A stretch of 63,179 nt of DNA, filler included. It is 4 parts of 4 records of this genome, joined end to end, with 100 filler letters (N's around TTAATTAATTAA, not from the genome) between each part and the next. Parts side by side here need not be neighbours in the genome. Positions count along the whole stretch, not along the records: positions 27,930 to 45,186 come from SRR20825010_5545; positions 45,287 to 59,865 come from SRR20825010_5553; 2 more parts are not named here. One strand, 5' to 3'. The notes beneath the pieces are model-generated. The model did not search any database. It was not told where the DNA came from and worked only from the letters and a program-made list of their open reading frames with translations. Position 1 is the stretch's first letter, and every line of letters begins with the position of its first letter. The position numbers and the translations under genes are program-made. Shown in pieces: positions 39,468 to 49,422 of the stretch.

Positions 39468-42386
39468 ATGGGACTTATTAAAAAAATTGGAGACAGTTTA
39501 TTAACTAAAGGCAGCATCATGCTTATGATATTCTCATTTGTATGTTGCGCGGACAACAGAATAGCGGACTACCAAACTCCCGTACTTAATTATCAGACCA
39601 ATATGGAGAATGACTTTATTGTACCGGAAGGTTGGCAGATAAGCCTATGGGCAGAATCCCCCTCCCTGTACAATCCAACAAATATGGATGTTGACGAAAA
39701 AGGAAGGGTTTGGGTTACGGAAGCAGTGAATTATAGGGATTTTAACAACGATCCAAAACACCGTTTAAACTTTGAAGAAGGAGATCGGATAATGATTCTG
39801 GAAGACACGGATGGCGATGGTATTAGTGACACCTCCAAGGTATTTGTCCAGGATAAAGATCTGGTTGCACCAATGGGGATTGCAGTTGTAGGGAATAAGG
39901 TATTCGTATCCTGCGCGCCCACTTTGTTTGTCTATACTGATGAAAATGGCGATGACGTACCCGACAAAAAGGAAGCCTTTCTTACTGGGTTCGGAGGCTT
40001 CGATCACGACCACAGTCTACATTCACTAGTAGTAGGTCCGGACGGAAAATGGTATTTCAATACGGGGAATGCCGGACCGCACCGAGTGACGGACAAAGGC
40101 GGTTGGCAACTACGTTCAGGTAGCGTTTATTCGGGCGGAACCCCTTACAACGATAAAAATGAACCAGCGCAAGTCAGTGATGACGGACGTATTTGGGTCG
40201 GGGGTCTGGCTTTAAGAATGAACAATAAAGGCAAAGACCTTGAGGTGGTAGGCCACAATTTTCGAAACTCCTACGAGGTTGCGTTGGACTCATATGGAAA
40301 TATGTGGCAAAACGACAACGATGATCAAGTGGTCACCTGCAGGGTAAGTTATCTTATGGAAGGTGGCAACGCAGGATATTTCAACGCAAACGGCAAACGT
40401 ACATGGCAGGCCGACCGTAAACCTGGACAGGATATTTTCACAGCCCATTGGCACCAGGACGACCCAGGGGTTATGCCGGCGGGAGACAACACTGGAGCAG
40501 GATCACCTACAGGAGTGGTCGTTTACGAAGGGGACGCCTTTGGTCCGGAGTATCGTGGAATGCTCCTAAGTGCCGATGCCGGCCGCAACGTAATATTTGC
40601 CTACCAGCCGTCTCCGAATGGGGCCGGATTTGATTTGAAAAGGCGTGATCTGATAACCTCTACCCAAGAATCTACAGAAGGTTATGTATGGAACGATATT
40701 GATGATGATAAACGCAAATGGTTTAGACCAAGCGATGTTGCCGTTGGAACCGATGGTGCCATTTACATTGCCGATTGGTACGATCCGGTAGTAGGGGGCC
40801 ACCAGATGATGGACACCGTAGGTTATGGCCGAATCTATAGAATTAGCCCTAAAGGAAAAAATCTTACGATCCCAAAAATTGACCTAAGTACCGTTGAAGG
40901 CCAAATTGACGCCCTTCTAAATCCTGCTATAAATGTTCGAAGCCAAGGCTTTGAACAATTACTGGAGCAAGGTGAACGGGTTGTAGAAGATGTGAAGAAA
41001 ATATTGGATTCAGACAATCCCTATCATCGATCAAGAGCCATCTGGTTGTTGTCCAAACTTGGCAACCAAGGAAATGCCATTGTGAAAAACGTATTAAAAA
41101 ACGAACCGGACCCCCGATTAAGGACCGTGGCATTTAGGGCCCTGAAAGATGATGCTGAATCCTTTTTAAAATATGCCGCAACAGCGGCCAATGATCCTTC
41201 GCCACAAGTGAGAAGAGAAGTGGCCATTTCCCTTCGAGACATACCTTGGAAGGAAAGCAGTGCCCTCATCAAGGAATTATTTAAGGGATATAACGACAAT
41301 GATCCCTGGTATCTGGAAGCCTTGGGAATGGCCATGGACGGTAAAGAGGAATCGGCCTATGCCGAATTGCTTTCAGATCAGCCCAATGACCCTGTAAAAT
41401 GGCCCGATGCCTTTGCTTCGCTCGTATGGCGAATACACCCCAAATCTGCTGTCAATGCATTAAAAGAAAGGGCTCTGGCAGAAAGTTTATCCCCAAATCT
41501 TAAAATACAATCCGTAGATGCTTTGGCCTTTATTAATGACAGGGATGCAGTCGCAGCTATGCTGGCCATAAACAAATCAAGTACGGACAAAACGATAAAA
41601 CAAACCTCCCAATGGTGGCTGGACTTTAGAAAAAATAACGACTGGTTTGCTTTTTGGGACTGGGAAGCGGAAAATGGGGAAGGTTTTAGTGTTCCGGATA
41701 ATATTGCCGAACTTAATGAAATACTTTTGAACCAGGACACCTCTACAAAAAAAAGGATCGAGGCAGGAAATGAAATGGCGGGCAGCTTGATAGGTGGACG
41801 CCTATTAATTAGTTTGGCCGCCAAAAATCAGCTTTCCAATGAAGTTATTAGCGGAATATCCGAGGCTATTTTTAACAATCCCGAATTGGAAATCCGGACA
41901 TTGGCCAGTGAACACTTTAAAAAATCCGGGGAAAAGCAAATGGCCATACCAGCAATCTTAAAATTGACAGGGGATAGTGGTAAAGGTGAAAGTGTTTTTC
42001 TATCAAAATGCACAACCTGTCACAAAAATGGAATTACAGGTAACGATATAGGACCTGACCTGTCTACAATCGGGGAAAAGTTCGACAAGACCGCCCTATT
42101 GGATGCCATTATTCATCCAAATGCCTCCATTGTCTTTGGATATGAACCACTTATGATAAAAACTAAAAGCGGTCAGGCCTTTTTCGGTTTTCTTCTGTCT
42201 GAGGGCGAAACCACAGTGCTGAAGGACATGACCGGAAAACAGATTGTGATTGCCCCCGATGACATAGAGAGCAAGGAGAAAATGAAGATGGGCATTATGC
42301 CTAATGCATTGGCCTTGGGCCTCACTGAACAAGATCTGGCAAATTTATCGGCCTACTTATTGACCTTAAAGAATAGTACACTATAG
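39468..42386 (+). CDS. PVC-type haem-binding CxxCH protein (dehydrogenase-like beta-propeller, HEAT repeats, cytochrome c)
   Basis: LEDTDGDG, HNFRNSYE, FRPSDVAVGTDGAIYIADWYD, HEAT repeats, CTTCH...GPDLS...MP; start moved from 39348 to 39468 because operator 3 lies in the extension. Confidence 0.88.
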   Translation: MGLIKKIGDSLLTKGSIMLMIFSFVCCADNRIADYQTPVLNYQTNMENDFIVPEGWQISLWAESPSLYNPTNMDVDEKGRVWVTEAVNYRDFNNDPKHRLNFEEGDRIMILEDTDGDGISDTSKVFVQDKDLVAPMGIAVVGNKVFVSCAPTLFVYTDENGDDVPDKKEAFLTGFGGFDHDHSLHSLVVGPDGKWYFNTGNAGPHRVTDKGGWQLRSGSVYSGGTPYNDKNEPAQVSDDGRIWVGGLALRMNNKGKDLEVVGHNFRNSYEVALDSYGNMWQNDNDDQVVTCRVSYLMEGGNAGYFNANGKRTWQADRKPGQDIFTAHWHQDDPGVMPAGDNTGAGSPTGVVVYEGDAFGPEYRGMLLSADAGRNVIFAYQPSPNGAGFDLKRRDLITSTQESTEGYVWNDIDDDKRKWFRPSDVAVGTDGAIYIADWYDPVVGGHQMMDTVGYGRIYRISPKGKNLTIPKIDLSTVEGQIDALLNPAINVRSQGFEQLLEQGERVVEDVKKILDSDNPYHRSRAIWLLSKLGNQGNAIVKNVLKNEPDPRLRTVAFRALKDDAESFLKYAATAANDPSPQVRREVAISLRDIPWKESSALIKELFKGYNDNDPWYLEALGMAMDGKEESAYAELLSDQPNDPVKWPDAFASLVWRIHPKSAVNALKERALAESLSPNLKIQSVDALAFINDRDAVAAMLAINKSSTDKTIKQTSQWWLDFRKNNDWFAFWDWEAENGEGFSVPDNIAELNEILLNQDTSTKKRIEAGNEMAGSLIGGRLLISLAAKNQLSNEVISGISEAIFNNPELEIRTLASEHFKKSGEKQMAIPAILKLTGDSGKGESVFLSKCTTCHKNGITGNDIGPDLSTIGEKFDKTALLDAIIHPNASIVFGYEPLMIKTKSGQAFFGFLLSEGETTVLKDMTGKQIVIAPDDIESKEKMKMGIMPNALALGLTEQDLANLSAYLLTLKNSTL

Positions 42387-42414
42387 TTTGAACAATTATT
42401 AAAATAACCACATT

Positions 42415-43287
42415 ATGGGTGCTGCAATAACCAGAAGGGAAGTGTTAAAATCCTCCGCTGGCATACTCGGCCTGGGTATGCTTGGGGCCTACGAGGCATT
42501 TGCAATGGACAAAAGAAGTCGATTTAAGATTGGCGCCTGCGATTGGTCAATTCAGAAAATGTCCGAAGTGAAGGCGATAGAAGTGGGCAAAAAAATTGGC
42601 TTGGATGGCGTTCAGATAAGTCTAGGCAGCTTAGCTAATAATATGCATCTAAGACAAGCGAACGTTCAACAACAATATAAGGATGCCTGCTCAGAGTATG
42701 GTATAAGTATAGGAGGCATCGCCATTGGTGAAATGAACAACACCCCTTATAAATCGGACCCACGTGCCGAACTTTGGGTATCGGACAGTATAGATGTCGC
42801 AAAAAAAATGGATGTCAAAGTCGTGCTATTGGCTTTCTTCCACAACGGAGACCTTAAAAATGATTTAAAAGGCACACAGGAAACAATTCGAAGGCTAAAA
42901 AAAGTGTCAAGAAAAGCAGAGGACAATGGTATTATCTTGGGTATAGAATCTTGGTTGAGTGCCGAAGAACATATGGAAATCATAAGTGCAGTGGGTTCGC
43001 CCAACGTAAAAGTATATTATGATGTAGCCAATTCGAACAAAATGGGATACAATATTTATGAGGAGATCCGATGGTTGGGCAAAAAGCACATCTGTGAATT
43101 TCATGCCAAGGAGAACGGTTATTTATTGGGACAAGGCCGGATAGATTTTGCAGAAGTCAAAAAAGCGATAGACGAGATAAAATATGAAGGATGGATACAG
43201 ATAGAGGGTGCCGTTCCCGATAATGCCGACATGTTTGATAGTTATGTTTTGAACAATAAATACCTTAGGTCGGTTTTAAAGATATAG
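42415..43287 (+). CDS. Tat-exported sugar-phosphate isomerase/epimerase (xylose-isomerase-like TIM barrel)
   Basis: TRREVLK Tat motif; GIES, YYDVAN, EFHAKE and IQIE metal ligands. Confidence 0.9.
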   Translation: MGAAITRREVLKSSAGILGLGMLGAYEAFAMDKRSRFKIGACDWSIQKMSEVKAIEVGKKIGLDGVQISLGSLANNMHLRQANVQQQYKDACSEYGISIGGIAIGEMNNTPYKSDPRAELWVSDSIDVAKKMDVKVVLLAFFHNGDLKNDLKGTQETIRRLKKVSRKAEDNGIILGIESWLSAEEHMEIISAVGSPNVKVYYDVANSNKMGYNIYEEIRWLGKKHICEFHAKENGYLLGQGRIDFAEVKKAIDEIKYEGWIQIEGAVPDNADMFDSYVLNNKYLRSVLKI

Positions 43288-43433
43288 CCTTAGGCTTCCC
43301 ATGCCTCTGTTTTGACTTTTACTTTTCAAAAAAATTATTCGAATTACCCGATTTCAAAATTCTTCTCCTATCAAGCGGAGTAGGCGAATACCATATTCAA
43401 ATTCTCCTAAAATGCTATACTTCTTAAGAACTC

Positions 43434-44807
43434 TTAAAACCCTGCTACGCCCCAACCTTTGCGATATTCCCGTTGAAGAAATTTATTGGCCTTAGGCTGA
43501 TTGAGGAACGACATATTGACCGGATCCCATTTCAGGACCGTATCCGGCATACGTATTGCCACCGTGCCCAATAGGATGGCTTCCGTCATAGGACCGGACT
43601 GAGCAAAATATGATTCTGTTTTATCACCTCCCAAACAGGCATCCACAAAATGGTGGTAGTGATTGCGGTCTTCCAAGGTTGGCATTTGGTAATCCAAATA
43701 TTTGTTTTCTGGCAACAGTACAGGCATTTCTTTATGCGGTATGAGCAAAGCACCTTCAGTCCCTATTAGGATAGCCGATTCTGCTGGATACGGTTTTCCA
43801 TGAAAAAGGGCCTGCACTTCCCAAGGCGGGTAAAACTCCCCGTCGAACCATTCCAAAGGAAGAGCATCTGATGCTGTAAGCTCATTGCCAGGAAACATCC
43901 AGGTGATATGGTCACCCTGCGGCCATGTATCCCCATTTCGTTCCGAAGATTCCTGCCATGAATCCTGAACCTGGGCAACCACCGAAATAGGTGCTTTTAA
44001 TCCAAGACCCTTCCAAACGGCATCAAATATATGGCATCCGATATCTCCGGACCAACCTGTTCCGAAATCCTGCCACGCTCGCCAAATGGCCGGATGATAT
44101 ATGTTGGGCGCATAAGGACGCATAGGAGCGGTTCCAATCCAAAGGTTCCAATCTAAATTGGAAGGAACTTCCGATCCTTTTAGGGGTCGGGGACCGGGCA
44201 GCCTATACCTTTCTATTGCCGCTGGACGATTGGAGCACAAATAAGCATGCTTTATCTTTCCTATGATGCCATCCTTAATTAACTGTACCGCTGTCCTATC
44301 TCCTTTACCGGAGGCATGCTGCGTACCCAACTGTGTTACCACCCCAGCCTTTACCGCGGCTTCAGTAAGCTTGCGTACCTCAGCTACATCATGGCACAAG
44401 GGCTTCTGACAATAAACATGTTTTCCAAATTGAATAGCCTGATAGGCCATAGCAAAATGATTGTGGTCCGGTACAGATACATTCACTGAATCAATATTGT
44501 TATGCTCCTTTTCCAGAAGATCACGCCAGTCCTTATATTTTCTTGCTCCCGGGAAAAGTTCAGCTGCCTTTAGCAAGTTTTGCTCGTCCACATCACAAAT
44601 CGCCACAACCTCCAAATCAGGATGTTGCCCAAAGTTCTTGAGATCGTGTCCCCCCATACCCCCGACACCAATACTAGCATGTCTTAATTTTTTCTTTGGC
44701 AATGCTAAACTAACTGCCGAATTCCCCAAAAAGGGAACAACAAGAGCTGCTGTAGTAATTGTATCCAAGAATTTTCGTCTGGAAACAGATTTCTTATAAT
44801 TAGTCAT
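43434..44807 (-). CDS. Tat-exported Gfo/Idh/MocA oxidoreductase
   Basis: SRRKFL Tat motif, IGVGGMG, PDHNH, YCQKPL, DFGTGWSGDIGCH, REYRKGW. Confidence 0.92.
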   Translation of the reverse strand: MTNYKKSVSRRKFLDTITTAALVVPFLGNSAVSLALPKKKLRHASIGVGGMGGHDLKNFGQHPDLEVVAICDVDEQNLLKAAELFPGARKYKDWRDLLEKEHNNIDSVNVSVPDHNHFAMAYQAIQFGKHVYCQKPLCHDVAEVRKLTEAAVKAGVVTQLGTQHASGKGDRTAVQLIKDGIIGKIKHAYLCSNRPAAIERYRLPGPRPLKGSEVPSNLDWNLWIGTAPMRPYAPNIYHPAIWRAWQDFGTGWSGDIGCHIFDAVWKGLGLKAPISVVAQVQDSWQESSERNGDTWPQGDHITWMFPGNELTASDALPLEWFDGEFYPPWEVQALFHGKPYPAESAILIGTEGALLIPHKEMPVLLPENKYLDYQMPTLEDRNHYHHFVDACLGGDKTESYFAQSGPMTEAILLGTVAIRMPDTVLKWDPVNMSFLNQPKANKFLQREYRKGWGVAGF

Positions 44808-45099
44808 AGAAAATATATTATTGGGTTGAACTAAATAATTATCTAATTGTTCCGCACTAAATAAATACTACACGAAACCTCTAAGGTCCAGCAGTATATA
44901 ATTCACAAAAGATAATGACAATTATTTAAAAGATAATCAACTCTCGGGGTTTTCCTTATTGCAATGAAGAAAGTAATGCGCAAAAGATGCAAAGAATATA
45001 GATTCTTCCTTAATTAATAGATCAACTATAATTATTGCAAGAACACAACAATTAATCATGATCACCAAAGTGAGCCTAAAATAGGCCATTTTTTTAAAC

Positions 45100-45129
45100 A
45101 AAAAAGGCTCCCAATTTCTTGGAAGCCTT
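45100..45129 (-). terminator. Intrinsic terminator downstream of tRNA-Val
   Basis: Minus strand AAGGCTTCCAA-GAAA-TTGGGAGCCTT followed by a U-run. Confidence 0.85.
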
Positions 45130-45142
45130 ATCTTTGTTACTG

Positions 45143-45186
45143 TGGGCCCTACTGGGTTCGAACCAGTGACCCCCTGCTTGTAAGGC
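45143..45186 (-). tRNA. tRNA-Val(TAC), 3' half (truncated by the contig edge)
   Basis: Minus strand GCCTTACAAGCAGGGGGTCACTGGTTCGAACCCAGTAGGGCCCA: anticodon loop CTTACAA, T-arm GTTCGAA. Confidence 0.92.
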
Positions 45187-45286
45187 NNNNNNNNNNNNNN
45201 NNNNNNNNNNNNNNNNNNNNNNNNNNNNNNTTAATTAATTAANNNNNNNNNNNNNNNNNNNNNNNNNNNNNNNNNNNNNNNNNNNN
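45187..45286. other. Artificial contig linker
   Basis: 44 N + TTAATTAATTAA + 44 N. Confidence 0.98.
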
Positions 45287-46510
45287 CCATCCGCCAATAC
45301 CATGCAATAAGGCTCCATCAGAGTGAGTCACCACATTTGCATTGAAGTTAACATCCACTTCTGTGGCACCCAATATGACAACATCCAGCAATTGAGCGAA
45401 ATTACCCTTACCATGATAATTGTAACTCGTGAAAGGGCTGGTGTTAACATGGTTCGGATTATTTCGCATTGACTTCACGCCTTCCAAATCGAAAGTCTGC
45501 CCATCTAGAATATATTCGACCAAACCCTCTTCCAACATTTCAACGAGATATTTGTTGCTTCCTCCACGCGCAAAACGCGCTTTCATTCCTTTGGCTTTTA
45601 ACATTTCGGCAAAATAAATTCCAATTGAAAGAGCTGTCCCTCCTGCTCCTGCCTGAAAGGAAAAGCCATCGCGAATAATCCCTACTTGCTCACAGAATTT
45701 TGAAGTTAATTCTGCTAAAAACAATCTATCCGGACTTTTGGTAATTGCTGTTGTACCTGAAACAATTTTTTCTGGAATTCCTACTTGATCAACTTGAACA
45801 ACATGATCAACATAGTTCCCTTGAATATGCCAGGGCACGCATGGAAACGGAACCAGATTATCCGTTACCACAATCACTTTGTTTGCATATTGTGAATCCG
45901 CCAGTGCAAAGCCCAACAAACCACAAGCAGTTGCCCCATCTACTCCATTGGCATTTCCAAATGAATCTGCTGATGGAGCAGCAATCACAGCAATATCAAT
46001 TTCTACTTCCCCGTCTTGAACTGCCTGATATCGACCACCGTGCGATCGCAAAACCCCCACACCTTTCATTTTACCAGCTGTAGTAAAGCTTCCAAGTTGG
46101 CCATTCATACTGCCTTCGATGTGGTGAATCGTACCGTCTTCCAAATATTTTATCAAGGGCGCATGGCAATCAAAAGAAGCAGAAGGAAACCATATCAGAT
46201 CCTTAACTCCCAACTCCGCAGCTATGTCAAATATCTGAATAGCGATAAGGTCTCCATTTCTAAAATGATGGTGTGTCGATATAGTCATCCCATCTTTCAA
46301 TCCCGCATTGACTAAAGCTTGCTTTAACGATGGGACAAGTTTATTCCCATCAGCAGGAAAGTCCGCACACGATGAAATGAGTGGCCCGAATTTTCTTCCA
46401 TCAGGGCGATGCTTTCCAACTCCCTTATATGGTATTTCTGGTTTGCCATTAACTAGTGTAGGTACCGATCTACCTATCGCATTCACTACAACTGCATCCT
46501 TACCTTTCAT
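45287..46510 (-). CDS. citF: Citrate lyase alpha subunit (citrate CoA-transferase), 3'-truncated by the contig edge
   Basis: GLKDGMTISTHHHFRNGD, LRSHGGR, FSFQAGAGG, LDVVILGATEVDVNFNANV. Confidence 0.93.
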
Positions 46511-46522
46511 AATTTGCTATTC

Positions 46523-47728
46523 TTATTCCTTATCGCTCCAATTTTTCTCTAGTCGACCTAGCGCAACCGCCAGGTCGATTGTCCGCATCGCACGTTTCAC
46601 GACAGGCGCATCAATCATTTTTGTGCCAAGGGAAACAACCCCCAACCCCTTTTCAGAGGCAATTTTAAACGCCTTAACAATTTTTTTTGCGGCATCAATT
46701 TCGACTTCAGTAGGTGCGAAATTTTCACGAATTATTGAAACCTGTCGTGGATGAATACAACCCATACCTTCAAAACCCAAAGCCTTTGAAGCCTGTACAT
46801 TGGCCTTCAAAGCAATCATATCCCCCACATCACTAAATACAGAATCAATGGCCTGTATCCCTGCCGCCTTGCATGCATGAACAACCTGAACCCGAGCAAA
46901 GAGCGATTCCACGCCTTCGTTGGTCCTATTCACCCCCATATCGGCGGTATAATCTTCCAGGCCAATGGCCATGGCCACAACATTTTCCGCAGCTTCTGCG
47001 ATTTCAAGAGATTTCAAAACGCCACGCGCACTTTCAATTATGGGCATTAACCAAACGGGATCCTTTGTACCCGTTTTATTTTGAATCAGGGCAATCCTTT
47101 CATTTACCGAATGTATTTGAGCTGCACTTTCACATTTCGGCACCAGCACAAGATTTACATTGTGAGGGACCACATAGTCTAGATCCTCCAGACCTGCAGG
47201 CATTTGATTGATCCTTACCATCCGCTCAACACCCATGAAACTCAGGTTTCTCAGCGCATTTCTAACAAGCAAACGAGCTTCTCCTTTTTTATGAAAAGCA
47301 ACTGCATCTTCCAGATCCAGTATCACTCCTTCCGGCTTATGGATACCCGCATTGATCATCAAACTGGGTGTGTTTCCAGGGAGGTACAGGCGTGTAGTCC
47401 GTGGTTGATCAGCCACTGTATGATATTGATTTTCAGGCAGCATCTCCAAAAGGTATTGCTCATCAGTTGGTTTCAACTGCTTTATCGCTGCCTCCACCCG
47501 CGCCGCAATCACAAACGGCAAAGCACCTTTATCAGATATCTCAAGAACCGCGTGTTCAATAGAGAAAAAATCAAGGATGGATTTACACAGAAGCCTGATG
47601 TCTTCTCCATAAAGCGCATTGACCTTGCTAATTACCTCAATCTGAATGCCTCCGGATTGGACTAACTCCAAAGTCACCAAACAGTCCGACCTGTCCTTTT
47701 CACCATTATTCCCAGCCGTTGCAATCAT
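46523..47728 (-). CDS. citE: Fused citrate lyase acyl carrier (CitD) and citryl-CoA lyase beta subunit (CitE)
   Basis: N-terminal ~90 aa CitD-like (ATAG...RSDCLVTLE, SKVNALYG, DKGALPFVIAARVEAA), then CitE (RTTRLYLPGN, ILDLEDAV, LVPKCES, IIESARG, GCIHPRQ, MIDAPV). Confidence 0.9.
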   Translation of the reverse strand: MIATAGNNGEKDRSDCLVTLELVQSGGIQIEVISKVNALYGEDIRLLCKSILDFFSIEHAVLEISDKGALPFVIAARVEAAIKQLKPTDEQYLLEMLPENQYHTVADQPRTTRLYLPGNTPSLMINAGIHKPEGVILDLEDAVAFHKKGEARLLVRNALRNLSFMGVERMVRINQMPAGLEDLDYVVPHNVNLVLVPKCESAAQIHSVNERIALIQNKTGTKDPVWLMPIIESARGVLKSLEIAEAAENVVAMAIGLEDYTADMGVNRTNEGVESLFARVQVVHACKAAGIQAIDSVFSDVGDMIALKANVQASKALGFEGMGCIHPRQVSIIRENFAPTEVEIDAAKKIVKAFKIASEKGLGVVSLGTKMIDAPVVKRAMRTIDLAVALGRLEKNWSDKE

Positions 47729-47765
47729 TTTGAACTCATTAAAAATTTTACAAAAACAACCACTA

Positions 47766-49268
47766 TTATTTTGCCCATATCGGTAAAGTCATCTCCAAAT
47801 CCAACCAGGGAACGATGATGAAATACAGAATCATCGTCAGAAGAAATAAAGTAATCAGATTTAGCCAAAAACCTGTTTTAACCATCTGCGCAACCGAAAC
47901 TCTTTCACTTGCCAACACCACAGTATTAGGCCCGGTAGCAGCAGGCATCATAAAGGCACAGGAACATGCAACTGTAGCCGGTATCATTATCAACAGGGGG
48001 TTAACACTCGCTGCTATGGCCGTGCTTGCCAATACGGGCAGCAAAATATTTGCACTGGCTGTATTGGAATTAAACTCGGTAAAAACCAAAACAAAGGCCA
48101 TCACAATTATTAAAATGTAGATAAAAGAGAAGCCACTAATAAATGAAAGTTGCCCTCCCAACCAATCAGCCAATCCCGTTGACACAAAACCCTCGGCCAC
48201 AGCATATCCACCTCCTACGATCATCACAACACCCCAGGGTACCTGACTGGCTTCCTTCCAGGTTATTAATCGTTTATCGTCACCTGCCGGAATCAAGAAT
48301 AATACAATGGCAGAAGCCATGGCAATGGTACTGTCATGTATTTGACCGGAAATCCCAAATAAACCGGTCCATCCGGGAATCACCAATGACCCAAAAACTA
48401 GATCGTTTTTAAAAACCCAGGCAAAAACCGTAACTGCAGCGATATACAAGACTCTTTTTTCACCTGCCTTCATTTTACCCAATGCGTTCAGCTCATCCTT
48501 GATTATTGTTAAGTTATTGCTAAGGTCTCCGTCTATTTTGAAATAGTTAATAATAAAATACCAAAACACCGGGATTAATATCACCAATATTGGGACTCCT
48601 ATTTTTAGCCAAACAAAAAAATTAACCGGTGGAGCCTCGGGAAACATCTTATCGAAAATCCCAACAAAAATCATATTGGTTGGTGAGCCAATAAGCGTGG
48701 CAAGCCCACCAATAGACGCAGAGTAGGCAATAGCAAGCATTAATGCCGGAGCAAATCTATTGCTCTTTTCAACTTCTTCATCCTTACCAATTATGGAAAG
48801 ACCTATAGGCAACATCATCAAAGCTGTTGTGACATTTGCGATCCACATTGAGACCAATGCTGTTGCAATCATCATACTTAAAACAATTTTTTGTCGACTC
48901 GTGCCAAAGACATTAATAATGGTAAGTGCAATTCGCTTATGAAGATTTTGTGTTTCAATGGCCTTTGCTAAAAAGAAAACAGCCAAAAACATAAGCGCAT
49001 AATTATGTCCATAATTCGCGGCAGTTTCCGCCGGCGATAATATGTTCATTAAAGGATACAGCACCAATGGGATAAATGCAGTAACATAAACAGGTATAGC
49101 TTCGGTTATCCACCAGACGCTCATAAGGGCCACAACAGCCGCAGCTCCTTTAGCTTCTGGATTCATACCTTCCGGATTAGGGAGAAATAAGATAATCCCA
49201 AACACTGCTATTCCAGTTAAAGCACCAATCGTTTTCTTAGTTAGCATTTCTTTCCCGCTTAAATTCAA
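47766..49268 (-). CDS. SLC13/DASS Na+:di/tricarboxylate symporter
   Basis: WWITEAIP, SMWIANVTT, IGSPTN, TEFNSNTA, FMMPAATGPN; start TTG 49268 or ATG 49247. Confidence 0.92.
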   Translation of the reverse strand: MNLSGKEMLTKKTIGALTGIAVFGIILFLPNPEGMNPEAKGAAAVVALMSVWWITEAIPVYVTAFIPLVLYPLMNILSPAETAANYGHNYALMFLAVFFLAKAIETQNLHKRIALTIINVFGTSRQKIVLSMMIATALVSMWIANVTTALMMLPIGLSIIGKDEEVEKSNRFAPALMLAIAYSASIGGLATLIGSPTNMIFVGIFDKMFPEAPPVNFFVWLKIGVPILVILIPVFWYFIINYFKIDGDLSNNLTIIKDELNALGKMKAGEKRVLYIAAVTVFAWVFKNDLVFGSLVIPGWTGLFGISGQIHDSTIAMASAIVLFLIPAGDDKRLITWKEASQVPWGVVMIVGGGYAVAEGFVSTGLADWLGGQLSFISGFSFIYILIIVMAFVLVFTEFNSNTASANILLPVLASTAIAASVNPLLIMIPATVACSCAFMMPAATGPNTVVLASERVSVAQMVKTGFWLNLITLFLLTMILYFIIVPWLDLEMTLPIWAK

Positions 49269-49297
49269 TCAAACCTATGTAATTCAACCATTGCATA

Positions 49298-49316
49298 TTG
49301 ATCAATAATCGATCAA
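49298..49316. promoter_or_regulatory. Palindrome in the divergent intergenic region, candidate operator
   Basis: TTGATCAATAATCGATCAA, 8 of 9 arm positions complementary. Confidence 0.4.
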
Positions 49317-49422
49317 AATCATATTTTTAAAACTATCATATTAATAATATATTCATGTTTTTTGGGTTTAAAACAATGAATATTTCTAATATTTGATAAT
49401 CTTAAAACAATAATCGCAATCA

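Noticed and set aside
27930-45186. The two tRNA halves as one split tRNA or an attL/attR pair
   Set aside because: The acceptor strands GGGGTAT and AGGGCCC do not pair, so they are different tRNA genes; no integrase present
45239-45286. citF ORF extension ending in X residues
   Set aside because: Translation of the N linker; the gene is cut by the contig edge and is not a pseudogene
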